DNA of 64,000 bases, taken from the NCBI RefSeq assembly GCF_009914755.1, contig NC_060931.1; one strand, given 5' to 3'. Shown here one piece after another: positions 39,872 to 53,265 of the stretch. This DNA comes from the human T2T-CHM13v2.0 reference genome, Homo sapiens. The stretch's first letter is position 1, and every line of letters starts with the position of its first letter. Below the pieces are notes generated by a model, which did no database searches, had not been told where the DNA came from, and saw only the letters and a list, made by a program, of their open reading frames with translations. A program made the translations under genes and the position numbers.

Positions 39872-40222
39872 TAGAAAGGAATGAAATAATGGCATTCACA
39901 ACAACCTGGGTGGAACTGGAGATCATTATTCTAAGTAAAGTAACTCAGGAGTGGAAAACCGAACATCATATGTTCATACTCATAAGTGGAAGCTAAGCTA
40001 TGAGGATGCAAAGGCATAAGAGTCATACAATGAACTTTGGAAACTCAGGGAAAAGGGTGGGAGGGGAGTGAGGGATAAAAGACTACAAATTCAATACAGT
40101 GTATACTGCATAAGTGATGGGTGCACCAAAATCTCAGAAATCACCACTAAAGAACTCATTCATGTAACCAAACACCACCTGTTCCTCCCAAAACGTATGG
40201 AAATAAAAAACAAAACAAAACC
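39872..40222 (+). mobile_element. 5'-truncated L1 (L1PB-like) 3' end
   Basis: GGAACTGGAGATCATTATTCTAAGTAAAGTAACTCAGGA...ATCTCAGAAATCACCACTAAAGAAC...AATAAA with A-tail. TSD AAAAAGGCATRTATG on both sides. Confidence 0.9.
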
Positions 40223-41779
40223 AAAAAAGGCATGTATGATGAAATGTAAACAGAACATAGTGATTAAGTGATTAGTACTCCTGAAAACAAAGCAAAAGTT
40301 GTCATAATTGACCAAGAGCAATCCTATAGAGTGTTTCCAGTGCTAGGGCTTGACTAATGTCATGGTAAAGATAGTCAGAAATAATAATATAAGAGTCAAA
40401 ATGCCACAGCTAAGATTTGTGTATTACAAACTCTATCCACCTTCAGTCTTTTGCAATCAGAAACTGTGTTGTCTGCTCCGTGGGAAATAGCATGTTGCAT
40501 AGTGGGAAATGGATTGTGCTGAGGAGATCTGAGTTCTCTTTACAGCTGTGGGACCCTGGACTCCTGGTTCTTCACTTGCTAGCTGTCAATTCGCTAGTCT
40601 GTAAAGTGAGGGGACTAAAATAGATGGTCTCTAATATACTCTTCCTCCTCTAACATTATTTAAAGATAGGAAATTACATACTTTGCTTTCCTTTCTTAAG
40701 CAGCTAATATTTGATGAGCCTTTAAGTAGTTACTAAGCATCTCCCACTTTCCACATTGTAGTAAGTACTTAGTCAGGGTTGGATTAACATAATTCATTCA
40801 ATGTTATCTCCTTTTTCTACTCAAAAATATCACAATTTATTGTATACAAAATAAAAGGTAAGACCTTAACAGCAAGTAACCCAGAGAGAAGCATGCAGTA
40901 GTGTAAATTTATACTAAAAAATATCAGATATTGTCCTACTAGTAGGGTTGGCAAAGAGAAAGGGAAAAAAGACCAGGAGGCTCAGGACACCTAATCTGGA
41001 AGAAGGACATGTGAGTAAGAGAGCAACTACCTGGGAAGCCAAGGCTGTTACTGATGGTACCCTTGACTTAACACACTTGGATATATCCTGAGCACCCCAA
41101 TAGGCTAGTGTGACTTAATGCTTGGGCATGGGTTTTATGATATCAAAATTACCTAAAGATAGAGTCAAACCCTTAGCCACTGTCTTAGTATGAAAAAAAA
41201 AATGACAGAAATTGGCTTCAATTGTTTAAAACATGGAGCACCGAGTCTATGATTGACGTGACCTTCAGGAAAATAAAATACATCCACAAGTTTTGTCACT
41301 TCAAGCTTTGCTTGTTCTTAAATAAGACTAGTGAAAAATTTCTTATATAACACTAGTGAAAGTTATGTAGTCAGAGGAAAAAAATTTCTATTGGAAACCA
41401 GAAGTTCCAAGTAATAGAGATATTATTTTTTGATTTTGGGTATTTTTATTGGTAAATACACCACTGGTCAGATTTGAGTTAAAAACAAAAACAAAAACTT
41501 GATTTATTTTGTTACAATAAAAGCAGCAAAAAAGTACTATAACTACTATCCCGCTTTTGTATAACTCTAGCAAATGTTAACTGAAGAAAATACTTTCACT
41601 TTGTTTTTTCTCTAAGGAATGAAGTCTGCAGCCCACCATTACAGCCCATGTTCTGAAACAACCTGCCACTGAGCTCTGTGACCTCCAGCCACACAGAGCT
41701 GCCTGCTGGTTCCTCCATCTATGGCCTATGTTCACAGGGTACAGTATGCACCTCTTTGCACTTTATGCTGCCACTAGTC

Positions 41780-41910
41780 ACTTAACTGTCTGTTACCCGC
41801 TTGGACTGTGAACTCCCAAAGGCAGAAACCATAATTATTCATCTTAGTGGTTCCTAGCATGTGGCACAACATCTGCATAATGTATGTGCTTGATTAGTGT
41901 TAATTGAATA
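41780..41910 (+). mobile_element. L2 3' end
   Basis: GGACTGTGAACTCCCAAAGGCAGAAACC...CCTAGCATGTGGCACA...TTGAATAAA. Confidence 0.7.
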
Positions 41911-42632
41911 AAAGTAAACTACTTTTATTTTCAGTGGCCTTCTAATTATGTAAAGCAGTATAATTCTAATGAATACTAGAGTCCTAAATGTAACATAACA
42001 GTGTATCTCTGTGTTTCAGACATTTTTAAAAAAGAAGTGAATTTTAGTGAAGTACATATTTTCTAATTATGTAAACATAAAATGTCCTCAAATTACTCCA
42101 ATTTTCTCATGCTCTCTTTTATGTGAGTATGTAGGAAAATGGGGCCTCCTGTTATTATCTGTCCTGTTTGGTTTTAATTAGCATTGTTAACATATAACAA
42201 AACATGCAAACATAGGAACATCTAGATGACTATAGCTTTCATTTTTTATTCCCATATTTGGAGGCACATAGATGTAGCCACTTGGTACTTAAATATTTCT
42301 TTACAAAACATCAACAGACAGGAAAAAAATGTAAATAGAAATGCTAGTAATTTTAATGAGAGCTAGCTCTAAAAATCCAAGATTAACTCCATCTCAAATA
42401 CCATAAATAAATACTTATTTTTCTGGACCAATGCTTATCTGGAGCCAGCATCAAACACACAGCTATGACAGATGTCTTAGGACATTTTCCTGAGTAATAA
42501 ATAAAAAAACAAAAACAAATATAATGAAGGACAAATACTAACCCTATGATTCCTTTCTTCTGCCCTTCACTTCACCAGTTCTATGTAATATGTTATCTTC
42601 TGTAATATCCATGCACAGATTACACATGCTAT

Positions 42633-44309
42633 TGAGAGGTGACAGTGTGCTGGCAGCCCTTGCTCGCTCTGGGCACCTCCTCAGGCCACGGCGCCACTCT
42701 GGCTGCGCTTGAGGAGCCCTTCAGCCCCCTGCTGCACTGTGGGAGCCCCTCTCTGGGCTGGCCTAGGCCGGGGCCGGCTCCCTCTGTTTGTGGGGAGGTG
42801 TGGAGGGAGAGGCGCCGGCGGGAATCGGGGCTGTGCATGCGCTCGCAGCCCAGTGTGAGTTCCGGGTGGGCGTGGGCTTGGTGGGCCCTGCACTCAGAGT
42901 GGCCAGCTGGTGCCGCTGGCCCTGGGCAGTGAGGGGCTTAGCACTCCAGCCAGCAGCTGCAGAGGGGGTGCTGGGTCCCCCAGCACTGCCAGCCCGCCTG
43001 CTCCACACTCGAATTTTCATGGGGCCTCAGCCACCCCCCTCAATGGGCTCCCGCCAGGCCCCGGACTCCCTGATGGGTGCCGCCCCCTGCTCCATGCACC
43101 TGGTCTCATCCACTGCCCAATGGTGGAGTGCAGGCACGTGGCACGGGACTGGTGGGCAGCTCCGCCCGTGGCCCCAGTGCGGGATCCACTAGGCGAAGCC
43201 AGCCGGGCTCCTCAGTCAGGTAGATACTTGGAGAACTTTTATATCTAGCTGGAAGATTGTATATGCACCAATCAGCACTCTGTGTCTAGCTCAGGGATTG
43301 TAAATGCACCAATCAGCACTCTGTGTCTAGCTCAAGGTTTGTAAACACACCAATCAGTGCTCTGTGTCTAGCTAAAGGATTGTAAACGCACCAATCAGCA
43401 CTCTGTGTCTAGCTCAGGGATTGTAAATACACCAATCAGCACCCTGTGTCTAGCTCAAGGTTTGTAAACACACCAATCAGCACCCTGTGTCTAGCTCAAG
43501 GTTTGTAAATGCGCCAGTTGGTGCTCTGTGTCTAGCTAATCTAGTGGGGACTTGGAAAACTTTTGTGTCTAGCTAAAGGATTGTAAACGCACCAATCAGC
43601 ACTCTGTGTCTAGCTCGGGGATTGTAAATACACCAATCAGCACTCTGTGTCTAGCTCAAGGTTTGTAAATGCACCAATCAGCACTCTGTGTCTAGCTCAA
43701 GGTTTGTAAATGCACCAATCAGTGCTCTGTGTCTAGTTAATCTAGTGGGGACTTGGAGAACTTTTATGTCTAGCTAGACGATTGTAAATACACCAATCAG
43801 CACTCTGTGTCTAGCTCAGGGATTGTAAACGCACCAATCAGCACCCTGTCAAAACGGACCAATCAGCTGTCTGTAAAATGGACCAATCAGCTGTCTGTAA
43901 AACGGAGCAATCAGCTCTCTGTAAAATGGGCCAATCAGCAGGATGTGGGTGGGGTGAGATAAGGGAATAATAGCAGGCTGCCCAGGCCAGCAGTGGCAAC
44001 CCCCTGGGTCCTCTTCCACACAGTGGAAGGTTCGTTCTTTCACTCTTTGTAATAAATCTTGCTGCTGCTCATTCTTTGGGTCCGTACTGTCTTTATGAGC
44101 TGTAACACTCACTGCGAAGGTCTGCAGCTTCACTCCTGAAGCCAGTGAGACCACGAACCCACCAGAAGGAAGAAACTCTGAACACGTCCAAACATCAGAA
44201 GGAGCAAACTCCGGACACACCATCTTTAAGAACTGTAACACTCACCGCAAGGGTCTGCGGCTTCATTCTTGAAGTCAGTGAGACCAAGAACCCACCAATT
44301 CCGGACACA
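42633..44309 (+). mobile_element. Full-length solo LTR12 (ERV9 LTR; C/D/E subgroup)
   Basis: TGAGAGGTGACAGTGTGCTGGCAGCCC...CCCACCAATTCCGGACACA, with GC-rich 5' part, tandem array and AATAAA near 44050. Confidence 0.95.
43245..43975 (+). promoter_or_regulatory. LTR12 U3 enhancer/promoter: ~41-bp tandem repeats with 15 CCAAT boxes, then CACCC box, GATA and TATA-like element
   Basis: Repeat unit GCACCAATCAGCACTCTGTGTCTAGCTCAAGGTTTGTAAAT. GGGTGGGG 43947-43954, AGATAA 43957-43962, AATAATA 43966-43972. Confidence 0.75.
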
Positions 44310-44651
44310 GTCATGTACTAAAGAACTATGATACATTTTTGAAATATTGTTGATAATCCTAGCTAAATTTTTAGACAAGAAAACAAGCTCAGGAGGGCAA
44401 GCAATTTCATAGATCTCAAAAAGTTCGCGTTGAAGTGAAAAACTATTATTTTGGAATCTGTTGATTATTATATAAAGCCTCAATCCATTTCTGAATATTA
44501 ATGAATTTTTAATAAAGTCATAATTGTCTTTGTTCCAATATGTTTACAATTTACAACTCTACTTACATGAATGCTCAGAGTAGTTTACAATTAAAATATT
44601 TATGTGAGACTGTTAACTATAAAGTGAGTGAGAAGAAATAATCATGTAATT

Positions 44652-44850
44652 CAATGGTTCTCAACTTGGAGCAATTTTGCTATCCAGGGGACATTTGGCA
44701 ATGTCTGAAGACATTTTTGGTTGTCACAGCTGGAGTTGAGGGAGCTGGATGGTTGGATTGTTACTGGTGGATAGAGGCCAGGGTTGCTTGTAAATGTCCT
44801 ACAATGCACAGGACAGCCATTCCTCCTACTTCAACAAAGAATAATGATGT
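44652..44850. mobile_element. MER20 DNA transposon
   Basis: GGGGACATTTGGCAATGTCTGAAGACATTTTTGGTTGTCACAGCTGG...CCTACAATGCACAGGACAGCC. Confidence 0.9.
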
Positions 44851-45139
44851 AGAAAAAGGAACAATAATTCAACCAGAAACCAGGTGTAATTAACATTACT
44901 AAACATTAATGTTATCTTTTGGTTTATTTCCTGGCAAATCACAATCGATAGAAGATACCTAATAATAATTTTGCAAAGATTATTGAAGTGTTCTCTATAT
45001 ACCTGGGTTTTCTGTTTGTTTTGTTATTGTTTTTGGATCCTCTGCAAAACCAAAAACTCAGAAGTAGTTTGTCAGTTGTGACAATACTAGGGAGCCAAAC
45101 TAAGGTATTTTAAGAGTAGAACTTAGAAGGGTATAGTGA

Positions 45140-45485
45140 TAGTTCTCAAACTTTAATGTAAACAAGATTCTCCCAGGAAGCTTGCTTAAGATACAGTTCT
45201 AGGAATTCTTGTTAAGAGATTACTATTTAATAGACATCAGCTCAATTGACCACATTTTGAGAAATATTAATTTAGTAGGACAAATGATTAAGTAAGCCTT
45301 GCGTCAGCATTTCTCAAACCTGGACCATCAGAATTACCTGGAGAATGTCTCCAGAACAGAAATATATAAGTATTCCCAGACATTCCCAGAAATTCTGATT
45401 CAACAGGTCTTGAAATGGGGACTACACAACTATGTATACTTTAAATCCCCCAGTTGATTATATTGATGAACCAGGGTTTAGATTA
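45140..45485. mobile_element. MER5-like fragments
   Basis: TTCTCAAACCTGG...ATCAGAATTACCTGGAG...TTCTGATTCAACAGGTCTTG. Confidence 0.55.
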
Positions 45486-45589
45486 GCTACCATAGATTAC
45501 TACTATAAAATATTATTTGTCCTAAATACATTTTTGCTGGAAGCTAGATGAAAGTCTTTTCAAAGCTGGATTTTCTGGACAGGTCTTGG

Positions 45590-45790
45590 GCTAAGTGTAG
45601 GGCAGGTTTTATGTTTAGGTTTTAGCCCCAATTACCCAGCTTACTAGCTATGTAATCCTGAGTACTTGACATCAGCTCTCTGAGTTTCTTCTTTGGTAAA
45701 ATGGGAATACTGCCCACTATGCAAAGGAATTTTACAGGTTGGTTAGAAAAGTGCCTGGCATAGTATAAACACTCAATTAACAATTGTAAA
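45590..45790 (+). mobile_element. MIR
   Basis: CTTACTAGCTATGTAATCCTGAGTAC...GTAAAATGGGAATA...GTGCCTGGCATAGTA. Confidence 0.7.
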
Positions 45791-46003
45791 CTTTAAAGCA
45801 AGATAGATATCTATACACTTATAGCTTGTCAGCTATCCCAGAATCAATATTAATACTATGCATAAAAATTAAAGTGCTTAGAATTATATCCTTGCCTAGA
45901 GAGTTACGCCCCTCTATTAAATAAGTTGGCTATCAGAAGCACTCCACAGAAATACTCCAATATTTTTACAAGTCAATTTGTATACTTCAACTTCAGCAGA
46001 CGC

Positions 46004-46547
46004 TGTGGAGAAATAAGCAACAGGTAGACTCTAAAATGGCCTTTAATTATCCCTACCTCTTGGTCATCACAACCTTTTTATTATCTCCTCCCCTTGAGTG
46101 TTGGCTGAACTTATTGACTCACATCATATGAATAGACTATGAAACAAGTGATAGGATGTCACCTCTGCAGTGGGGTTACAAAAAGATTGTGGCTTCTGTC
46201 TCTAGTTCCCTCTCTTGCTCCCTCACTCACTTGTTCCAACAAAAGATGGCTGCCCTGTGGAGAGGCCCATGTGGCAAGGAACTGATGCCCCTGACCAAAA
46301 GGCAAAGAGAATCTGAGGCCTGCTAATAGCCACATGAGTGAACCTGTAAGTGGATCATCCCCTAAGTTAGCCATTAGATGAAGGCAAACCACACTGACCA
46401 TTTGATTGCAGCCTTATGAGTCTGAGGTGAGGCACTTAGCTAAGCTGTGCTTGAGTCCTGGCCCACAGAAATTGAGAAACAATGTTTGTTGTTTTAAGTT
46501 GCTAAGTATTAGGAAAATTTGTTACATAGCAATAAATAACCAAAACA
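46004..46547 (+). mobile_element. MLT1E/F-like MaLR LTR
   Basis: CTCCCCTTGAGTGTTGGCTG...GGAGAGGCCCATGTGGCAAGGAACTGA...TTGTTGTTTTAAGTTGCTAAG...TTTGTTACATAGCAATAAATAACCAAAACA. Confidence 0.85.
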
Positions 46548-48399
46548 AATGACATTAACATTCTGCTTATAAATTCAAGGATGCGATAAACATTTGAAAA
46601 AAGAAAGGTCACTATGAAAGAGAATGTATTTCAAAATATACTTGGATAAAGTCAAGGAACCATCATGGTAATTCATATCATTTGGCATATAAACTTTATT
46701 ATTCACAAGCAAAAGGGCCTGTACTGTATTCAGCAGGTCTAGGCACAGCTGCAGATATAGCTAATATGGAAGTTTTCTGCAACAATGCTTGTGAGTGGCC
46801 ACAACACAAGAAAAGGGTCGGTTCTAAAAGTGGCATATAATTGGTTAAAATCACAGTGATTTCTTAGGAAGTGAATGGCCAAGTTGACATTAATATGAAA
46901 GTTTTGAGATCTTGTGATCACAGAAATTCTGAGGTCACGTAGTTTCAACAAAAATCCTAAATCACAGAGGAACTGGCAATTTAAATAGGAAATTAGTTCA
47001 CAGCATTCAGAAATGGCTTCTATGAAATCCTTGACTAGGAATTCCTTTCACTATCCTAGAATTGGTTTTGTTAAGACCATAAAGACATGTGTCACTTACC
47101 AGGCCAGTTAGCATACTCTTTCAAATTGGGTCCTTTCCTGTGAAAAAGCATAAATTTTCCAGTGGTAATTTGACCCATATGGGCTACCATCCCTGAAAGT
47201 AAATTTGCACTTGCTTACAAGAATTTTAACTAGGCTATCCTTGAGAATGCCTCATTACCTTTATAGCAGTAATCAACTGAAAGGATGATCAAGGCTGACC
47301 AAAAAGATCTGGCTGATTTGCTCCTGGGACTTTATCTTCCACAGAGAGGCCAATGTCAAGTGCTCAATTATAATTTCAAAATTAGATAAAGTCTTAAAAG
47401 ACAGCAGGCATATACTCTGAACACTGCATGGCCACACGGATCATTTTACCCAATTTTAACATAAAATGTCTTTTTTTAAAATTCATGACATTAAACTACA
47501 GGTGGTTTCTTCCAGAAAGTAGGAGTAGAGGCTTAAAAAAGTCAAACTAGTCAAACTACCTTTATGTGCTTCTCAACTCCATTATATAATTTCTATTTCC
47601 ATTTCAGTATTACCTCACTTCTCTAAGTGTTTTTCACCTATAAAATTGGATGACGAACAATATCTACTTTGTGTCATTGTAAACAGTAAATGAAATAACC
47701 TAAATAATGTATTTATTATAATTTTTCTAACAGAGCAACTGCTCTATAAATGCATGTTATGATAATAAAAGTAATAATTACTCTGTCATCTCAGATCAAA
47801 TAATACGTGGAATTTAGTGTCCTTTCCTTTTTGACCAATTGTGATATTGTTGTCAGAACATTGATGGAAAATCATTTGAAACCTAGAACTTCATGAGCTA
47901 AAGGATCATTCAACTGAGAAGGTGATGAAAGGCTTATTAGACATACAAAGACACTCAAAGTTAACACTGAAAGTCTCTTTCTGAAAGATATACTAGGTGA
48001 TATACACCAATTAGAGAAAAATGAATTCAGGAGGAGCAGAGGAATGAAACAATGACATGCAAAAGCTAGTAAAACTTAATTCTAAATAAGTATTAGTTTT
48101 TAATCAGTGTGCTTAACAAGTGGATTCTCTGTCTCCTTTATTGTAATTTGATTCTTTCATGCATGAAGATCAAAGATACAAGCCAATATAATTCATGAAG
48201 AAAAATTGAGTATTGATATTTTGGGGGATGTTTGAAATACAAAAACATAAAAAGGAAAGTTAACCAGAACCCTTGCCAATGATAGCCTTTAATATTTGTG
48301 ACCATATTTTTATGTTCTGTGTATTATTTTAAATAACTGGGATTTATGCCATACATTCTATGTAAAAATGAATTTCAGTAGCCACTTGGGAAAAAAATA

Positions 48400-50580
48400 A
48401 TCCAAAGAATATCAGGCATGAGGGGTAGGAGGAAGAGATGAGGGAAAGGAGAAGGAAATAAAAGCATATCAATCTCCTGTTGAGAAAGATGACTTAGGTG
48501 CTGGTTAAATATTGACATTGAATATAAAGTACAAATTAAATTTTGTGTTCTTAAAAGTTAGATTTTCTACTATAAGAAAGATAGTAATAGCCTAGGATAT
48601 AACTACACAAAAGATAGAGGCTTAAAAAGTAAAGATCATATGTGTAACATTAAACCAATAAAGTTAAAATGAAGTGCACGATATACTGAGAAAGTTTAAA
48701 TGATAAAAACTACCACAACATAAGTAGAATACCTAAGTAGACCATAATCAATCAAATATATTTAATATATTACTTAAAACTATGTCCTGGCCCTCAAAAC
48801 TTACTAAGACTTAATTCTTTTACAAATGATATGTACCAAACCTTCAAGGAACATGGAATTCCCAACTTATACAAATCATTACAGAGTATAGGAAAATATA
48901 CCAAGCTACTAAATTTATGTTATGATTCACATAAAACACTGGAGTCATATATAGCTAATGATAGCACATAATCATCTCAGATAGCAAACTATAAGATAAA
49001 ATCATTTAGGTACAAACATTGATAGCTTGTCTAGAGACCTGCATAATTAATTATAATATAATAAGAAAACCAATTATAATACAATAAGTATAATAAGAAA
49101 AAATATGTCATTTCCGATAGATACAAAACTGACAAAATAGCTAGAAATATAACCAGTTAATTTTTTTAATCCATGAGAAAATATAGACTCTTACTGAAGA
49201 ACCTTTAAAAACCCTTTAATATATGAAAAGATATTCCATATTTATAGATGCATAAACTCAGTATTTTGGCTATCGATTCTTATCATATTAATATATCAAT
49301 TCAATGAATCCCAAACAAAATCCCAATACAATTTTTCATGGGAGTTGAAAACATAATTCCAAAATTCACGTATAGGAGTAAATGCATAACGATAGACGAG
49401 ACAATATTTAAAAATAATATAAGATGGTTTTTCCCTGTTTGATATTAAAGTATATCATAAGGTATTGTGATTAAAACTGTGTGGAATTGGCTAAAGCATA
49501 AACAAATACATCAGAAGGATTAAAAAGATAATTCAGAAATTGACCCATACATATTTGGGAAATTAGACCATGATAGATGTAGCATTTCATATTAATGGAG
49601 AAATGACAGATTATTCAATAAGTACTTCTCAGATGATTGCCTAGTTATTTCAAAAAAGAAGCAGTTATATTATTCCATAGCAATTATAATATTAAGTTCT
49701 GAATGGATTAAAATTACCTAAATATAAAAGACAATATAATAAAATAATGGAAGAAAGTATAAATGATTATGTTTATGTCTTTGAAACAGGAAAAATCCTG
49801 GGACAAGACACTAAAAATTGATAAATTTGGCTGTATCAAGTGTTAGGATTTCTGATTGATAAAATACAATACTAATCAAATAAATAGATGTGGACATTAT
49901 AGGAGAAAATAGTTGCAAGGTAATGACAAAAGATTTTCATCGATAACATATAAAGAATTCCTACAAATCAATAAGGAAAAGACAAGTAGTGCAATAAAAA
50001 ATTAGCAAAAGAAAGGAATGATCAATTCATAGAACAGAAAATACATATGGCCAATGCAGGTACAGAAATGTATTCAACTTCACTAATATTCGGGGAAAGA
50101 AAAATTCAAACAACCTATTTGTCTACCAGATTGTCAAAATATTAAAACATTTAATGCTATCAATTGTTTGTGAGGGTGTAAAGAATGTGATAGTCTCATA
50201 TGGTTTAAAATTTAAAATGTGCGTAACACATTTTTAGTAGCAATTGAGCATGTACCCTAAAAAGGTACTGTGCCTGGGAATAAGGTGGCTTGAGTAAAAC
50301 TGTTTGTTGCAAAAGATGGAAACAACCTATTTCTTAGGATTACCAGTATTATAGCAATATAAGTATAAAGCATCAACTATTAGTATATCAATATTAAGCA
50401 TTCAGTATTAGGAAGCAGTTAAAAAGGAGGATTTGGACTAACAGTTAAATGTGTAAAAACCCTTTATTGAGTTATAAATGCATGTTTTAGAATGGTATTT
50501 ATATCAACACAATTTATATTTTGCAAAATCACTGAGCAACAGTATTTATTTTCCATAGATACATGTGTCTATGAATACTT
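48400..50580 (+). mobile_element. Ancient L1 (L1M) ORF2/3' remnant, heavily decayed
   Basis: A-rich strand. ACCAAACCTTCAAGGAACA, AAAGATATTCCAT, CAGAAATTGACCCATACATATTTGG, AAAGAATTCCTACAAATCAATAAG. Confidence 0.8.
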
Positions 50581-50594
50581 AAAATGATCTGTTG

Positions 50595-50957
50595 CAAGGA
50601 GAAGCAAACTATAGCTTGCCTGGTTTTGTGAGGTCTGCGTCCTAAGAATGGTTTTTACAATGTCAAATCGTTGGGGGAATAATCAGAGGAAGAAAATATT
50701 TTGAAGCACATGTATAAAATTCCAATTTTGTTGTGCATAAATAAAGTTTTACTAGAATACATCTACAATCATTTGTTTACATTTTGCTGATGGCTGCTTT
50801 CAGTCTCCAATGGAGGAGTTGACTAGTAGGTAACAGAGACTATAAATATACTTGTAAATATTTAATTAAATAATTAAATTAGAATTTCATTAACACTACA
50901 TACATGCCTAAAATATTTACTCTCTGGCCCCTTACAGAAAATGTTTGCTGAACCTGA
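50595..50957. mobile_element. MER58B-like hAT-Charlie element
   Basis: CTAAGAATGGTTTTTACA...AATAAAGTTTTACTAGAA...GCCTAAAATATTTACTCTCTGGCCCCTTACAGAAAATGTTTGCTGAACCTG. Confidence 0.85.
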
Positions 50958-51027
50958 GGGATAAGCACAAATTATAGTAGCCAAAGAGAGCTTTACCTTA
51001 GCAGTTGGTTTTAAAATAGAATGAATT

Positions 51028-51207
51028 CAGCCTGGGTGACAAAGCAAGACCCTATGCAGAAGAAGAAGAGGAAGAAAAGGAGAGGAAGACGAAGAAGAGG
51101 AAGAGGAAGAGGAGGAGAAGGAGGAAGAAGAGAAGGAGGAAGAAGAGGAGGAGGGGTAAGAAGAAGGAGGTGGAGGAGGAGGGGGTGGAGCAGGAGGAGA
51201 AGGAGAA
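51028..51207 (+). repeat. Short Alu 3' stub followed by ~150-bp purine-rich (GAA/GGA) low-complexity tract
   Basis: CAGCCTGGGTGACAAAGCAAGACCCT then AGAAGAAGAAGAGG...GGAGAAGGAGAA. Confidence 0.8.
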
Positions 51208-51939
51208 TGATGTTTTCTCATTTATTGGTTGGATTTCTGAAATAAACCAGTCTTTAAAAAGAGGGAAATCACTCAGATAAGCTGAAAATGTATAGGCCCA
51301 ACGCAACTTCATTTGTGGCTTGATTCAAGTTATATTATCAACAAGATCACATCTGGGCTCCACTTTCCTGGGCTGTCTCCACTAACAGGTCCAAATTTTT
51401 TCAGAAGAGAACTGCCAACCATTCCTAGGGCCTTGGATTCTCCATTTGAATCCAGAAAAAGAAGCTAGCATCTTCATCCCAATAATCGTACCCAACACAT
51501 TCCGAGTTGGGGAAAGACACAGATAGATTGGTAGCGAGGGGTATTTTCTCATTACCCTTGTTTAGAATTGCCAGCAGGTGGTGATTTAAAACAAAACAAA
51601 ACAAAACAAAAACAAAAATGTGTAGTTTCATTATTGCTTTTAAATTCTCCACAAAGCACTTCTTTGTTGTCTGCACCTCGGCTGACTTCTGCTGGCCTGT
51701 CTTTGGTGAGCCACTGACCCTAGAAGGAGCTTGAGACTCACTCTAGAGTACTGAGTAGTTAGGATCCCACAGGTGAACCAATGATTGAGATGGGAAGATA
51801 GCAACACACCATCTTAGGCTTTGACCCCTGTAAGGCACCTGGACCGTGAAGCTAAAGCATTCTTTTTGTTACCAGAAGAGGCAGCGAATACTCCGGCGGA
51901 TTTCTACTTATGTAATTAAACACTCATGTTAAAAATAAA

Positions 51940-52160
51940 GAAAAGCATGTGCTTGAGTTTCAGATAACTCTGGATTTAAATCCTATTACTTATTAGGGGT
52001 GTTTTCTTTGGTAAGTTCCCCCGTGCCTTCATTTTTTCTCTTTTAATAAGTTTGACATCACAGAGTCATTTTAAAGATTAAATGAGATTAATAATATAGA
52101 TTGTCTAGTACTTAGTAAATAATAGGTGCTTAATAAATGTTACCTAGTGTTATTTGTTAT
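51940..52160 (+). mobile_element. MIR
   Basis: CTGGATTTAAATCCT...AAGATTAAATGAGATTAAT...TAATAGGTGCTTAATAAATGTTA. Confidence 0.7.
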
Positions 52161-52429
52161 TGTGCTAGAAGTATGGCATAAAGCCAACAACATGGAAAGC
52201 TTCTGGTGATTATTAGACAATGCTAGTTAAAAGGAACGAGTAATGAAGGACAGGCTGTTCTGTGGTTCAGTGTTAGCTTTTCGTTCTCTGCTGGGTCTTT
52301 TTTCTTTTTCTTTTTTTTCCAGCACAAGTCATTTTGTGGGGCAATGGTTTGGATGTTGCTAGCCTATAATAATTTGTCTACAGTAAAGTCTTGTTTCCCT
52401 TAAAGCTGCTTATCTCTTGTGAGAGAAAC

Positions 52430-53265
<836 letters not shown>

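Noticed and set aside
42640-43220. GC/CpG-rich stretch as a CpG-island gene promoter
   Set aside because: It lies entirely within the 5' part of LTR12.
43245-43940. Regular ~41-bp repeat array superficially like CRISPR
   Set aside because: There are no unique spacers and no cas genes. It is the standard LTR12 U3 tandem array in eukaryotic DNA.
42629-44483. Cluster of overlapping ORFs (70-134 aa)
   Set aside because: All lie in the GC-rich LTR12 and are stop-poor repeat artefacts.
47093-47200. Minus-strand perfect donor (CTG|GTAAGT) with plausible acceptors upstream
   Set aside because: Isolated splice-like signals are common by chance. The acceptor is ambiguous and nothing else supports it.
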